A stretch of 64,000 nt of DNA, taken from assembly GCA_900769475.1 (NCBI GenBank), contig CAAGGQ010000110.1, forward strand, positions 1,173-65,172, in the 5' to 3' direction. The stretch comes from Clostridia bacterium. Its GTDB lineage: Bacteria > Bacillota > Clostridia > Oscillospirales > CAG-272. The translations under genes were made by a program, and so were the position numbers. Of the stretch, positions 17,860 to 27,093 are shown one piece after another. The number at the start of each line of letters is the position of its first letter. The first letter of the stretch is position 1. The notes under the pieces were generated by a model. It saw only the letters and a program-made list of their open reading frames with translations. It was not told the origin of the DNA and made no database searches.

Positions 17860-18363
17860 TCATTCCGTCCCGTTCTGTTTCTCAAATCCATGCACAAAGC
17901 CCGAAACGTCGGCTGAGCAGATGTCTCCACCAATCACTCGATTGCGCCAGACCAGCACGTTGGCCCACACCGTTCCCTCGTACCCCTCGTAATTGGTGAC
18001 GGCAAAGGTGTAGCGCATGACCTCCTTGTTCTTATACTTGGAAAGATTGAGCCCCTGGGCCTTTTGCAGCTCGTTGTAAGCCGCAAACACCTTGTCGAAT
18101 TCCCCGGGAATGGTCACCGTTTTTACCTCCAGAGGCGTTTCCTCCACCTTCCATCCAAACTGGGTCAGGAACGCGGCGGCATCCTGCGGGGTCTTGATCT
18201 TATCGTAGGAGTATTCGGCGTTGCCGTTCCCTACCCCCGCCGAGGTCTGGGACGAAATGGCATACGTTGGCACGAACGCGATAAGAGTAATGAGCACGGT
18301 AAGAGCCACGCAAACCACGCCTACAAGCTTGATGGTGCTGGCACGCAAAGAATAAACGAACAT
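17860..18363 (-). CDS. DUF4830 domain protein (membrane-anchored)
   Basis: N-terminal TM helix, then PQDAAAFLTQFGWKVEETPLEVKTVTIPGEFDKVFAAYNELQKAQGLNL typical of DUF4830. Confidence 0.75.
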   Translation of the reverse strand: MFVYSLRASTIKLVGVVCVALTVLITLIAFVPTYAISSQTSAGVGNGNAEYSYDKIKTPQDAAAFLTQFGWKVEETPLEVKTVTIPGEFDKVFAAYNELQKAQGLNLSKYKNKEVMRYTFAVTNYEGYEGTVWANVLVWRNRVIGGDICSADVSGFVHGFEKQNGTE

Positions 18364-18433
18364 AAACAGCGCCTCCCGGATTCATATATTTCTGGTAAAC
18401 TATATGAATCCGAGGGGCGCTTTATTCCAATTT

Positions 18434-19609
18434 TTATTTTCCTTCCCACAGGGAAAGATCCATGTCCAATCCCCCGCGTCGCTCGGCATCCCGCACGCCC
18501 TTGGAATGGGCGTACACGTTGTGCAAGAGTCCCAGCATCATAAAGGTGGCCAGCATGGAGGAGCCTCCGCAGGAAAGCAGGGGCAGGGTGATGCCCACCG
18601 TGGGAAGCATGGCAAAGCACATGCCAATGTTCTCTAAAATCTGCACCACGAACATAGCACCCACCCCGGCACAGATCAAGCCGCCGCAATCCGAGCGGCT
18701 GGCCGAGCGGGCAATGATAAAGATCCGCACCACCATAACCATAAAGATCAGAATGACCAGGGTTCCCCCCAGGAATCCGAACTTTTCACAAATGGTGGAA
18801 AAAATGAAGTCGGTATGAGAGGCGGGAAGCTGCTCGTAGTAGGAACCTCCCAAAATGCCGTGCCCAAAGAAGCCGCCCGCGGCAATGGCGGTTCGGCTGA
18901 GTAGGGGCTGCCATCCGTAGCCCTCGGGATCCAGCTCGGGGTCAAAACCCACGATGATTCGCATCTGCTGATAGAGGGCCAGGTGCTCCCAAAGATACGG
19001 GGCCAGCAGAACCACCACCAGGATGGCTCCCACAAAATACAGGGGATGCAGTCCCGCGCAAAAGAGCATCAGAGCGATCAGACCCACATACACCAGAGCC
19101 ACGCCCAGGTCCCCCGTGAGGAGGATGAGCCCCACGATCAAGCCCGCGTGGGCGGCAAGTCCCAGCACGGTCAGGGGCTTGTTGATCTTCTCCTGCACCT
19201 GGAACAGATGCTTGGAGAAGGTGCAAACAAAGGTGAATTTGATAAACTCGGAGGGCTGAACCATAAAACCGGTACCGGGAATCTTGAGCCAGCTCTTGTT
19301 ACCCGTTTCCATGTTCACACCGCTCTCTCCAAACAAGAGGGTCAGGATCATGAGCAACGCTGAGCCCACCAGCATGGGGATCCACAGCTTGTCCACGATC
19401 ACGCGGTAATCCACAAAGGCAATGATCACCGTAACGAAGATCCCCACCAAAAAGATGGCCACCTGCATTTTGAGCTTGGACATGCCAAAGTTATCCACCG
19501 CGCCGTAAATGGTGACGATACTGATCAGGGAAAGAAGCGTTGCGCAGATAAACAGCACAGGATCAATATTCTTAACGGCTTCTTTCACAATGCTCCAGGT
19601 CTTTTCCAC
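18434..19609 (-). CDS. FtsW/RodA/SpoVE (SEDS) family peptidoglycan glycosyltransferase
   Basis: About 10 TM segments and conserved SEDS motifs (GVNMETGNKSWLKIPGTGFMVQPSEFIKF; LPTVGITLPLLSCGGSSM). GTG start follows AAAGGAG. Confidence 0.9.
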   Translation of the reverse strand: MEKTWSIVKEAVKNIDPVLFICATLLSLISIVTIYGAVDNFGMSKLKMQVAIFLVGIFVTVIIAFVDYRVIVDKLWIPMLVGSALLMILTLLFGESGVNMETGNKSWLKIPGTGFMVQPSEFIKFTFVCTFSKHLFQVQEKINKPLTVLGLAAHAGLIVGLILLTGDLGVALVYVGLIALMLFCAGLHPLYFVGAILVVVLLAPYLWEHLALYQQMRIIVGFDPELDPEGYGWQPLLSRTAIAAGGFFGHGILGGSYYEQLPASHTDFIFSTICEKFGFLGGTLVILIFMVMVVRIFIIARSASRSDCGGLICAGVGAMFVVQILENIGMCFAMLPTVGITLPLLSCGGSSMLATFMMLGLLHNVYAHSKGVRDAERRGGLDMDLSLWEGK

Positions 19610-19649
19610 GGCAAACTCCTTTCCGAAAATAATCTTTTTGAAAGCTTTG

Positions 19650-19703
19650 AAGGGTTAGGGGTGCGGGGGAAGGGAAACTTTTTCAAAAGTTTTCCTTCCC
19701 CCG
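19650..19703 (-). repeat. repeat family D copy 1 (GGGGGAAGG hairpin + ACCCCTAACCCT tail); serves as proS terminator
   Basis: The plus strand reads AGGGTTAGGGGTGCGGGGGAAGGGAAACTTTTTCAAAAGTTTTCCTTCCCCC. It is the reverse complement in pattern of 62334-62399. Confidence 0.6.
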
Positions 19704-19718
19704 TCAAAAATATCAATA

Positions 19719-21161
19719 TTAATACTGTCTGCCCCAGATGACCATGTGCTTGGCGGGCTTGCCGCAGCAAACGCAAACATCGGAAAGGTGCTCCTGCACG
19801 AAGGGGATGCAACGGGACTTCACGCCGCCGGTCTCCTCCTTGATCTTCTCCTCGCACTCGGTCTCGCCGCACCACATGGCCTTAACGTAGCCCGATTTGT
19901 TGGCGGCAATGTCCAGCATCTCCTCGTAGGAGCGTGCCTCGTAGGTACGGTTGGTGCGGTTCTCCAAGGCTCTCTGATAGAGCTCGTCGTGCACCTTCTT
20001 CAAGGCCTTCTCCACTTCCTCGGCCAGATTGTCCAGGGAAACGAAGGTCTTCTCGCGGGTCACGCGGCTGACCAGCACGCAGGAGTTGTTTTCGATGTCG
20101 CGGGGACCGATCTCCAAACGGAGGGGAACGCCCTTCATCTCGTACTGGCTGAACTTCCAGCCGGTGGAATTATCGCTGTCATCCAACTTGACGCGGAACT
20201 GCTTGGAAAGCGCATTCTTGATCTCGTTTGCCTTCTCCAGCACGCCCTCCTTGTGCTGTGCCACGGGAATGATGGCCAGCTGAATGGGTGCGATGGCGGG
20301 AGGCAGGATCAGACCGTTGTCGTCGCCGTGGGTCATAATGATGGCGCCGATCATACGGGTGGATACGCCCCAAGAGGTTTGGTGGGGATACTTTTGGGTG
20401 TTATCCCGACCGGTGAACATAATGTCAAAAGCCTTGGCAAAGCCGTCACCAAAGTAGTGGGTGGTGCCGCCCTGGAGGGCAACACCGTTGTGCATCATAG
20501 GCTCGATGGTATAGGTCTCCTCGGCACCGGCAAACTTCTCCTTCTCGGTCTTGCGGCCGGTGTAGGCGGGAATGGCCAGAGATTCGGCATAGAAGTCCTC
20601 GTAAACCTTGAGCATTTGCAGGGTCTCCTCCCGTGCCTCCTCCTCGGTCTCGTGCATGGTGTGTCCCTCCTGCCAGAGGAACTCGGAGGTGCGGAGGAAG
20701 GGACGGGTGGTCTTTTCCCAACGAACCACGTTACACCACTGGTTGTAGAGCTTGGGAAGATCCCGATAGGACTGAATAATATTGCGGAAGTGCTCGCAGA
20801 ACAGGGTCTCGGAGGTAGGACGAACGATCAAACGCTCGCTCAGCTTGGTGCCGCCGCCCATGGTAACAATGGCGCACTCGGGGGCAAAGCCTTCTACGTG
20901 ATCCTTCTCCTTTTGGAGCAGAGATTCGGGAATGAACATGGGCATGTACACGTTTTCATGTCCCAGCGCCTTGAAGCGCGCGTCCAGATCCTTTTGAATA
21001 TTTTCCCAAATGGCGTAGCCGTAAGGACGGATGATCATACATCCCTTCACGCCGGAGTAATCCACCAGCTCGGCCTTTTTCACTACGTCGGTGTACCATT
21101 GAGCAAAATCCACGTCCATAGAGGTGATCTGCTCTACCATTTTTGCATTGTTCTTTGCCAT
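19719..21161 (-). CDS. proS: proline--tRNA ligase (archaeal/eukaryote-like type)
   Basis: [35 protein letters not shown], class II motifs and the C-terminal ...[16 protein letters not shown]. The start at MAKNN (21161) is preferred because of its RBS. The ORF extends to 21188. Confidence 0.92.
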   Translation of the reverse strand: MAKNNAKMVEQITSMDVDFAQWYTDVVKKAELVDYSGVKGCMIIRPYGYAIWENIQKDLDARFKALGHENVYMPMFIPESLLQKEKDHVEGFAPECAIVTMGGGTKLSERLIVRPTSETLFCEHFRNIIQSYRDLPKLYNQWCNVVRWEKTTRPFLRTSEFLWQEGHTMHETEEEAREETLQMLKVYEDFYAESLAIPAYTGRKTEKEKFAGAEETYTIEPMMHNGVALQGGTTHYFGDGFAKAFDIMFTGRDNTQKYPHQTSWGVSTRMIGAIIMTHGDDNGLILPPAIAPIQLAIIPVAQHKEGVLEKANEIKNALSKQFRVKLDDSDNSTGWKFSQYEMKGVPLRLEIGPRDIENNSCVLVSRVTREKTFVSLDNLAEEVEKALKKVHDELYQRALENRTNRTYEARSYEEMLDIAANKSGYVKAMWCGETECEEKIKEETGGVKSRCIPFVQEHLSDVCVCCGKPAKHMVIWGRQY

Positions 21162-21234
21162 ACCAAAAACCTTTCTTGATTCCATCATTTCTCAAAGGGT
21201 CGCCCGCATGAGAACAGAATTTTACATTATACTA

Positions 21235-21263
21235 ATTATACTCCAAGGGGAGGAAATTGTCAA
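21235..21263 (-). promoter_or_regulatory. consensus promoter for proS (TTGACA-17-TATAAT)
   Basis: On the minus strand, TTGACA is at 21263-21258 and TATAAT at 21240-21235. The leader is short and carries no T-box. Confidence 0.7.
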
Positions 21264-21345
21264 GGGATTTTTATGGGCAATTCGCATAGGATTCCTTGAA
21301 ATTCCCCGCCTTTCTCTGCCAAAAACGAAAAAAAGGAGAAAAACC

Positions 21346-22086
21346 ATGGATCAAATCACCCTTTGCGGCGTCCTCATCCACGATCTGACGCGGGAGCAAG
21401 CCCTGGCCGAAGCCCTGCGGGAGCGCCCGGCGCCCTGCGTGGTGGTGACCCCCAACGCCCTGATGCTGGAACGTTGCCGCCGCACTCCGCACTATGCAGC
21501 CCTCCTCAACCGTGCCACCCTCTCCCTGCCCGACGGCAGCGGCGTTCTACGGGCGGCGCGACGTTGCGGAACGCCCCTGCGGGAACGGATCCCCGGCATC
21601 GAATTTGGAGAGGCGCTCTTGCAGGCGGCCGCCGAGCGCGGGGATCGGATCTTTCTCCTGGGAGGAGCCCCCGGGGTGGCCGCCCGCGCTGCCCAACGGC
21701 TGATCCAACGCTACCCCGGTCTTGCCATTTGCGGGACCCACCACGGCTACTTTGCCAAGGAGGGGGAGGAAAATCGCCGGGTGATCGAGGTCGTCCAACG
21801 CGCCGCCCCCGAGATCCTCTTCGTTTGCTTCGGCTTTCCCCTCCAGGAGGAATGGATGGAGCAAAATCTGGAGCAGCTCCCTTCCCTCCGCCTGGCGGCG
21901 GGGCTTGGCGGAAGCCTGGACGTTTGGGCGGGAGACCTGCGCCGCGCCCCTTCGTTTCTCGGAAATCTCGGCTTGGAATGGGCCTGGCGCATGCTGTGGG
22001 AGCCCAAGAGATGGAAACAGTTCCCCCTCCTTCTCCGGTTTGCCCTCCACAGCGGAAAAGTCCTGCAAGACGAACCACAGCGGTAG
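21346..22086 (+). CDS. WecB/TagA/CpsF-family glycosyltransferase
   Basis: ATG at 21346 follows AAAGGAG. Motifs LSLPDGSGV, IFLLGGAPGVA, ILFVCFGFPLQEEW and LEWAWR are typical of the family. Confidence 0.85.
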   Translation: MDQITLCGVLIHDLTREQALAEALRERPAPCVVVTPNALMLERCRRTPHYAALLNRATLSLPDGSGVLRAARRCGTPLRERIPGIEFGEALLQAAAERGDRIFLLGGAPGVAARAAQRLIQRYPGLAICGTHHGYFAKEGEENRRVIEVVQRAAPEILFVCFGFPLQEEWMEQNLEQLPSLRLAAGLGGSLDVWAGDLRRAPSFLGNLGLEWAWRMLWEPKRWKQFPLLLRFALHSGKVLQDEPQR

Positions 22087-22143
22087 TGCTTAAAAAACAA
22101 AAGCCACCTGCTCGCCTCTCCATTCTTAGCAGAGAAAACACAA

Positions 22144-22175
22144 ACACCGCCAAAGAGCTTTGGTGGTGTTTTTAT
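22144..22175 (+). terminator. rho-independent terminator
   Basis: ACACCGCCAAAG-agc-TTTGGTGGTGT followed by TTTTAT. Confidence 0.8.
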
Positions 22176-22195
22176 ATTGGCGGTAGCTTTCCAAA

Positions 22196-22377
22196 GCCTC
22201 CCTCCGAGAGGGAGGGGGACCGCGGCGGGGTTCCCCGAAACGAATGAAATGAGTTTTGGGGGTTCTCGCGTTGGCGGTGGAAGGAGCCTGCGTGACTTTT
22301 GGTTTTTGATAAGCTTTATTGTAACGCGCTCTCCCTCAGTCGTCTTCGGCGCCAGCTCCCTCCCGGAGGGAGCCTTT
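22196..22377. repeat. REP-like palindromic units (family B)
   Basis: GCCTCCCTCCGAGAGGGAGGG and CTCCCTCAGTCGTCTTCGGCGCCAGCTCCCTCCCGGAGGGAGCC. These share the GGGAGG-palindrome and CCCTCAGTC motifs with 4431-4522. Confidence 0.5.
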
Positions 22378-22655
22378 GTATATTATTCCTCTGCGGATAG
22401 TGGGTTCGGGCTTCTGCCCGATATTGTCCCAGAGCGAGCGCAGGGACGATAAGAGACGGGCGCGCCAATTTGGCGGTGGACATCCACGCGCTATGCTTGC
22501 CCCAGACGCAAGCGTCGGGAAAGCGGTCAATTCAATCTTTCTACAATCAGTTGAACCCCTCAACCAAAACTCAAATATCAAGTTATTGTTTTGCAAAATG
22601 AAATGCTGTATAATATAAGCGTAGCTACAATACATCCCGAAAGGAGAATTTTTAT

Positions 22656-23723
22656 ATGAGTATCCATTTAGGTGAAAAACTGAAAAGTCTTCGAAAAAGT
22701 AAAAATATATCGCAAGAAAAATTAGCGCAATATTTGAACGTCTCATTTCAAGCAGTAAGCAAATGGGAAAATGCCAGCACATATCCCGACATTGAGCTTT
22801 TACCCGAACTTGCACGCTTTTTCGGAATTACCGTTGACGAGCTTCTTGGCGCGGAGCAAATTGATGAGAAAAAGATCTATGAGGAATATGAGGCAAGAGC
22901 AGCCGAACTCTATCGTAATGGCGATATTTCAAAGACTTTACCGATTTGGCAGGAGGCATATCATAAGCTCCCCAACAACATCCAAGTCAAGGAAATGCTG
23001 ATGTCAATTTATTTTGACATTGACAAAGTAAAGTATCAAAAAGAAATCGTAGAACTTGGTACAGAAATTTATAATGGCAACGGTGGCTCATATGATAAAG
23101 GGCAAGCGATATGGCAGATCGCTCGTACCTACGCCGCTTGTGACAATAAGGCGATGGCAGAAAAATGGGCGTTGAAATCACATCAATTAAATCATTCGAT
23201 GGAATTTCTGTTTGTACAAATAACCGATGATGGTGAGGAAATGCTTTCGCAATTTCGATTCGCAAACTATTGGTATCTCCATAATCTGTTTTATATGAGC
23301 GCCAAGATTGCAGGCTGTGAAAACATTCCGGGCGGCACGAAATATGTTCAAGCGGTAAGCAAAGCCGTAACGCGAATGTATGAACTCGTTTTTCCAAATG
23401 ATGATATGGGATTTGAGGACCTTCAACGTATGTGTATGGAGCACAGAAGCATAGCCGAGGATGAGATTGCTTTGAAGAAAAATGAAGAAGTGATAAAACA
23501 TCATCTGACACGCGCACTTGAATGTGCCGAGAAATCCGTTTCGGTGAAAGATCACGATTTGAAATATCCTCTCGTTATGGGCTGGCACGTATATGATGCG
23601 CCGTCGGATAACAAGCAAGTTGCTCGCCTTTTGAAAAAGGAGTTGGCTTGGGAATGTTTTGATGAATACCGAAATAAAGATTGGTTTATGGATATTGAAA
23701 ACAGATTGAGCAAATTACTTTAA
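22656..23723 (+). CDS. XRE-family HTH regulator with TPR-like C-terminal domain (RRNPP-like architecture); visibly AT-rich
   Basis: LKSLRKSKNISQEKLAQYLNVSFQAVSKWENASTYPDIELLPELARFFGITVDELLG is an HTH_3. The C-terminal ~280 aa is helical-repeat. Codon usage is much more AT-rich than neighbouring genes. Confidence 0.8.
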   Translation: MSIHLGEKLKSLRKSKNISQEKLAQYLNVSFQAVSKWENASTYPDIELLPELARFFGITVDELLGAEQIDEKKIYEEYEARAAELYRNGDISKTLPIWQEAYHKLPNNIQVKEMLMSIYFDIDKVKYQKEIVELGTEIYNGNGGSYDKGQAIWQIARTYAACDNKAMAEKWALKSHQLNHSMEFLFVQITDDGEEMLSQFRFANYWYLHNLFYMSAKIAGCENIPGGTKYVQAVSKAVTRMYELVFPNDDMGFEDLQRMCMEHRSIAEDEIALKKNEEVIKHHLTRALECAEKSVSVKDHDLKYPLVMGWHVYDAPSDNKQVARLLKKELAWECFDEYRNKDWFMDIENRLSKLL

Positions 23724-23728
23724 TCCTC

Positions 23729-23755
23729 GCCCCGCCACGCGCGGGGCTTTTCTTT
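23729..23755 (+). terminator. rho-independent terminator
   Basis: GCCCCGC-cacgc-GCGGGGC followed by TTTTCTTT. Confidence 0.8.
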
Positions 23756-23859
23756 GGTTTTTGCATATCAAAAAGCCACCACGAAAATCATGGTGGCTCA
23801 TTTCATTTTACCGCCAATTTCGCAGACGCTCCCGCAGGCGATTTGTAGATTCAGACAAA

Positions 23860-24141
23860 TTACCGAGCCGCGGGGGCGGTGTTCTCCGCCGTTCCTTCGG
23901 TGGTGGGGAAGGTCACAATGGGAAGCTCGATGGCGGGACGGGTTTGGGTGGGGGCATCGGTCAACGAAGTCGACTCCGGCGTGGCCGCAGGCTCCTCGGT
24001 GGTCGCCTCGGGAAGGATCCCCTCGGGGGGGCTGACCGAAGCCGCGGGATCGGCAGTCTGTAACGTCCCCTCCCCCGCTCCGCAGGAGGCAAAGAATACA
24101 GCGGCAACCAAAAGCCATGCCAACACGTGCGCTTTTTTCAT
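23860..24141 (-). CDS. small Pro/Thr/Glu-rich lipoprotein
   Basis: MKKAHVLAWLLVAAVFFASCG is a signal peptide with a lipobox. RBS AAGGAG lies 7 nt before the ATG at 24141. The ORF-track start at 24261 is rejected. Confidence 0.65.
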   Translation of the reverse strand: MKKAHVLAWLLVAAVFFASCGAGEGTLQTADPAASVSPPEGILPEATTEEPAATPESTSLTDAPTQTRPAIELPIVTFPTTEGTAENTAPAAR

Positions 24142-24276
24142 ACCCATTCTCCTTTTCCTTGTTCGTTCATTCCTATTCCCCATTATTATAACACAAATGA
24201 CGGGTTTGTCAAGAAGGGAGAAGAAAAAAGAGGGGGCCAAGCATTCACTTAGCCCCCTCAAAACACGGTACGTTCT

Positions 24277-25500
24277 TTATTCTTCTCCCTTTGCCGAAGC
24301 AAGCAAACTTTGTTTTCGCTGCAGCAGAGCCTCCTCCATGGCCTGCAGATCCTCCATATGCTCGGCCTCAAAGGCGGCAAAGAAGGTGTCCTTGGCCGCG
24401 TTGACGGCGGCCTCCATTTCGGCAGCCTTGGCGGTCAGCTCGGCTTGAATATCATCGCTGAAGGCTTCCTCCAGGGCAACCAGACGCTCCTCGCAGGCGC
24501 GCAGAGTCTGAAGGAGAGCATCCATGGCGGCATTGGCCGTCTCCCCCATTTTTTCATAGGCCGCCAAAGCCGCCTCGTATTCCTTCTCCCGCAGCTGCAG
24601 GGTGGCCTCCGCGGTTCCGCAATCCTCGCCGTTGACCTTCATGGTTGCCACGTAGGAGCGTTGCTGCAACAGCTCCACCTTGGCATCTCGCAGGGCAGCA
24701 AGATTCTTTTGATATTGGGAATCGGGGGAAAGCAGAGTCTGGTAGCGCAGCTCCTCCAGAGAGTTAATGGCCTCCTGATATAGGCTCAGGGCCGTTTGAT
24801 AACCGGCGTGCACCAGGGTATACACACCGCCCATGGCCTGAATGACCTTGGCGGTCGCCTCTCTTTGCGCAAAAGCGATCCGATGCTCCTTGGCGGCATA
24901 GTAGGCTTCCCGCATCTCGGCAGTCAGAAGAGCGGCGGTCTCCACCCGTCCGGCGGCGATCACACGGTACAGCTCCTCGGCCGACATGGCGTTAGCCTCC
25001 TCCTCACTCACCAGCGCAGTGGACAATGCCAGGGCGCGCAGAGCATCTATCCCCAGCGCCTCGCAGGCCTCCACCTTGCCCTCTAGATCCAGGGACTTCA
25101 TCGCCTCGGTCAGGCGATCGCTGATCCGCACCTCCAGAGCCTCGGCATAGCGGGAATCTCCCGAAACCGAGATCTGCACATTGCTCTCAACCTTCTCGTC
25201 CGCGGCCAAATAGCCCATCTCTACCGCCAGGCGAAGGAGATGCTCGGTGGCCTCCTCTGGAGTCTTGCCCACCAGATCCTCGCCCACCAGCAAAATAGCG
25301 GCGTCATCGTTCAGCCCGGTCACGGAAAGAACCTTGTTTTGATCGTCCACCATCAGCTCCACCCCGGGATTGATCTGCAGGGTGACGCGAGTCACCGTTC
25401 CCTCGGGAGCTTGGGGAATTCCCTTTGTACACGCACCTAAGGAAAGGCTTCCAAGCAGCAAAGTCATCACTAAAAACAGGCAAAAAACGCTTTTTTTCAT
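24277..25500 (-). CDS. lipoprotein with N-terminal beta domain and long coiled-coil region
   Basis: MKKSVFCLFLVMTLLLGSLSLGAC is a signal peptide with a lipobox. VTLQINPGVELMVDDQNKVLSVTGLNDDA resembles the extracytoplasmic domain seen in RsgI-type anti-sigma factors. The remainder is Ala/Glu/Leu-rich and helical. Confidence 0.7.
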   Translation of the reverse strand: MKKSVFCLFLVMTLLLGSLSLGACTKGIPQAPEGTVTRVTLQINPGVELMVDDQNKVLSVTGLNDDAAILLVGEDLVGKTPEEATEHLLRLAVEMGYLAADEKVESNVQISVSGDSRYAEALEVRISDRLTEAMKSLDLEGKVEACEALGIDALRALALSTALVSEEEANAMSAEELYRVIAAGRVETAALLTAEMREAYYAAKEHRIAFAQREATAKVIQAMGGVYTLVHAGYQTALSLYQEAINSLEELRYQTLLSPDSQYQKNLAALRDAKVELLQQRSYVATMKVNGEDCGTAEATLQLREKEYEAALAAYEKMGETANAAMDALLQTLRACEERLVALEEAFSDDIQAELTAKAAEMEAAVNAAKDTFFAAFEAEHMEDLQAMEEALLQRKQSLLASAKGEE

Positions 25501-25773
25501 AATCCATTCCTCCGTAGAAATTGGTTTTGATACCCAAAAGCCACCGTTATTATAACAAAAAAAGCCTTATTTGTCAAGATTTATTTGCAAATCGCACAAA
25601 AAGAAGCTCGTAATTGGGAGATTTTAAATAGAAAGTTACAAAATTGATAAAATTTCGGCAAAGCCCTTGTATATTTTGGAAAAATGAGGTAAAATATAGA
25701 ATGTATGGATAGGTTTATCCCGATCCAAAACAAGGAAAACAAAAAAATCATATATTAACGGAGGATTATTCCA

Positions 25774-26793
25774 ATGGCAAACGTAAAAGTTGCAATCAAC
25801 GGCTTCGGCCGCATCGGTCGTCTGGCATTCCGTCAGATGTTCGGCGCAAAGGGTTATCAGGTAGTTGCTATTAACGACCTTACCAAGCCCTCCATGCTTG
25901 CTCACCTTCTCAAGTACGACACTGCTCAGGGCAGATACAACCACGACGTGGTTGCTGACGATGAGGCAAGCACCATCACCGTTGACGGCAAGACCATCAA
26001 GATCTATTCTGAAAAGGACGCTGTAAACCTTCCTTGGAAGAAGCTGAAGGTTGACGTTGTTCTCGAGTGCACCGGCTTCTACTGCACCCAGGAGAAGTCC
26101 ATGGCTCACATCACTGCAGGCGCAAAGAAGGTTGTTATCTCTGCTCCCGCTGACAAGGCTACCAAGACCGTTGTTTACAGCGTAAACGAGAACATCCTCA
26201 CTCCCGATGACAAGATCATCTCCGCTGCATCCTGCACCACCAACTGCCTGGCTCCCATGGCAAAGGCCCTCAATGACTACGCTCCCATTCAGAGCGGTAT
26301 CATGACCACCGTTCACGCTTACACCGGCGACCAGATGATCCTGGACGGCCCCCACAGAAAGGGTGACCTCCGCCGTGCACGTGCAGGCGCACAGAACATC
26401 GTTCCCAACTCCACCGGTGCCGCTAAGGCAATCGGCCTGGTTATTCCCGAGCTCGACGGCAAGCTGATCGGCTCCGCTCAGAGAGTTCCCACCTGCACCG
26501 GTTCCACCACCATTCTGGTAGCCGTTGTTAAGGGCAAGGACATCACTAAGGAAGGCATCAACGAGGCTATGAAGGCTGCTGCTTCCGCATCCTTTGGTTA
26601 CAACACCGATCCCATTGTTTCTTCCGACGTGATCGGTATCACCTACGGTTCTCTGTTCGATGCTACCCAGACCATGGTTGCTAAGATTGACGACGATACC
26701 TACCAGGTACAGGTTGTTTCTTGGTACGACAACGAGAACTCCTACACCAGCCAGATGGTTCGCACCATTAAGTACTTTGCTGAGCTGGCATAA
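25774..26793 (+). CDS. gap: type I glyceraldehyde-3-phosphate dehydrogenase
   Basis: INGFGRIGR dinucleotide fold and active-site [10 protein letters not shown]. 339 aa. Confidence 0.97.
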   Translation: MANVKVAINGFGRIGRLAFRQMFGAKGYQVVAINDLTKPSMLAHLLKYDTAQGRYNHDVVADDEASTITVDGKTIKIYSEKDAVNLPWKKLKVDVVLECTGFYCTQEKSMAHITAGAKKVVISAPADKATKTVVYSVNENILTPDDKIISAASCTTNCLAPMAKALNDYAPIQSGIMTTVHAYTGDQMILDGPHRKGDLRRARAGAQNIVPNSTGAAKAIGLVIPELDGKLIGSAQRVPTCTGSTTILVAVVKGKDITKEGINEAMKAAASASFGYNTDPIVSSDVIGITYGSLFDATQTMVAKIDDDTYQVQVVSWYDNENSYTSQMVRTIKYFAELA

Positions 26794-26813
26794 TTAAAAA
26801 CCACCGTGTTTCC

Positions 26814-26844
26814 GGCCGGGGCGCATGTCGCCCCGGCCTTTTTT
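26814..26844 (+). terminator. rho-independent terminator
   Basis: GGCCGGGGCG-catgt-CGCCCCGGCC followed by TTTTTT. Confidence 0.9.
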
Positions 26845-26924
26845 GCCTCCCCTCAAAGGCTTTTTCGCTCCCAAAAAACAAATATTCACTTTCACAGTTT
26901 TGATTCTCTCTGTTTTCACTAAAA

Positions 26925-26940
26925 ATGAATATTTATTCAT
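26925..26940. promoter_or_regulatory. ARG box (ArgR/AhrC operator) 1
   Basis: ATGAATATTTATTCAT matches the TGAAT-wwww-ATTCA core of ARG boxes. Confidence 0.65.
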
Positions 26941-26977
26941 TGTATTCCCCGATTAAATTAACAAAATCGCAAAAATG

Positions 26978-26999
26978 CTGAATATTTTTTCACATTCAG
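26978..26999. promoter_or_regulatory. ARG box-like element 2, abutting the -35
   Basis: CTGAATATTTTTTCACATTCAG contains TGAAT...TTCA and ATTCA half-sites in an inverted arrangement, directly upstream of TTGACA at 27002. Confidence 0.5.
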
Positions 27000-27001
27000 T
27001 A

Positions 27002-27030
27002 TTGACAAACCAGGGGGCTTTGAGTATAAT
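27002..27030 (+). promoter_or_regulatory. consensus promoter of the arg operon (TTGACA-17-TATAAT)
   Basis: TTGACA at 27002-27007 and TATAAT at 27025-27030. Confidence 0.7.
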
Positions 27031-27093
27031 ATAAGATATTATTAAAATGGGGGGATGATTTTGCTTTTCCCCGTGCCAGAAAGGAACCCCACT

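Noticed and set aside
7230-21179. Other long antisense ORFs (7230..8225 +, 8259..9263 +, 10217..11581 +, 11627..12385 +, 13912..15159 -, 15638..16888 +, 19746..21179 +)
   Set aside because: Each lies fully inside and opposite a gene with strong homology-type motifs (PTP-like, GH29, GH-like, permease, TmcAL, ProS). No independent RBS or promoter evidence supports them.
21162-21234. T-box leader upstream of proS (and likewise upstream of ilvE, 55039-55276)
   Set aside because: Neither region has a UGGUACC T-box sequence, AGAGA bulge or terminator. The proS leader is short. The ilvE upstream region contains only REP-type hairpins (55068-55092 and 55174-55200).
21363-22247. 294-aa Arg/Pro/Gly-rich ORF overlapping the tagA-like gene in another frame
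   Set aside because: It is an alternative frame of a GC-rich gene with an implausible composition. The frame starting at 21346 has an RBS and WecB/TagA motifs.
23754-24063. Plus-strand ORFs 23754..24035 and 23761..24063 as possible signalling-peptide genes for the RRNPP-like regulator
   Set aside because: Arg/Gly-rich translations lie antisense to the small lipoprotein gene and begin inside terminator hairpins. They have no RBS and no signal-peptide-like N-terminus.
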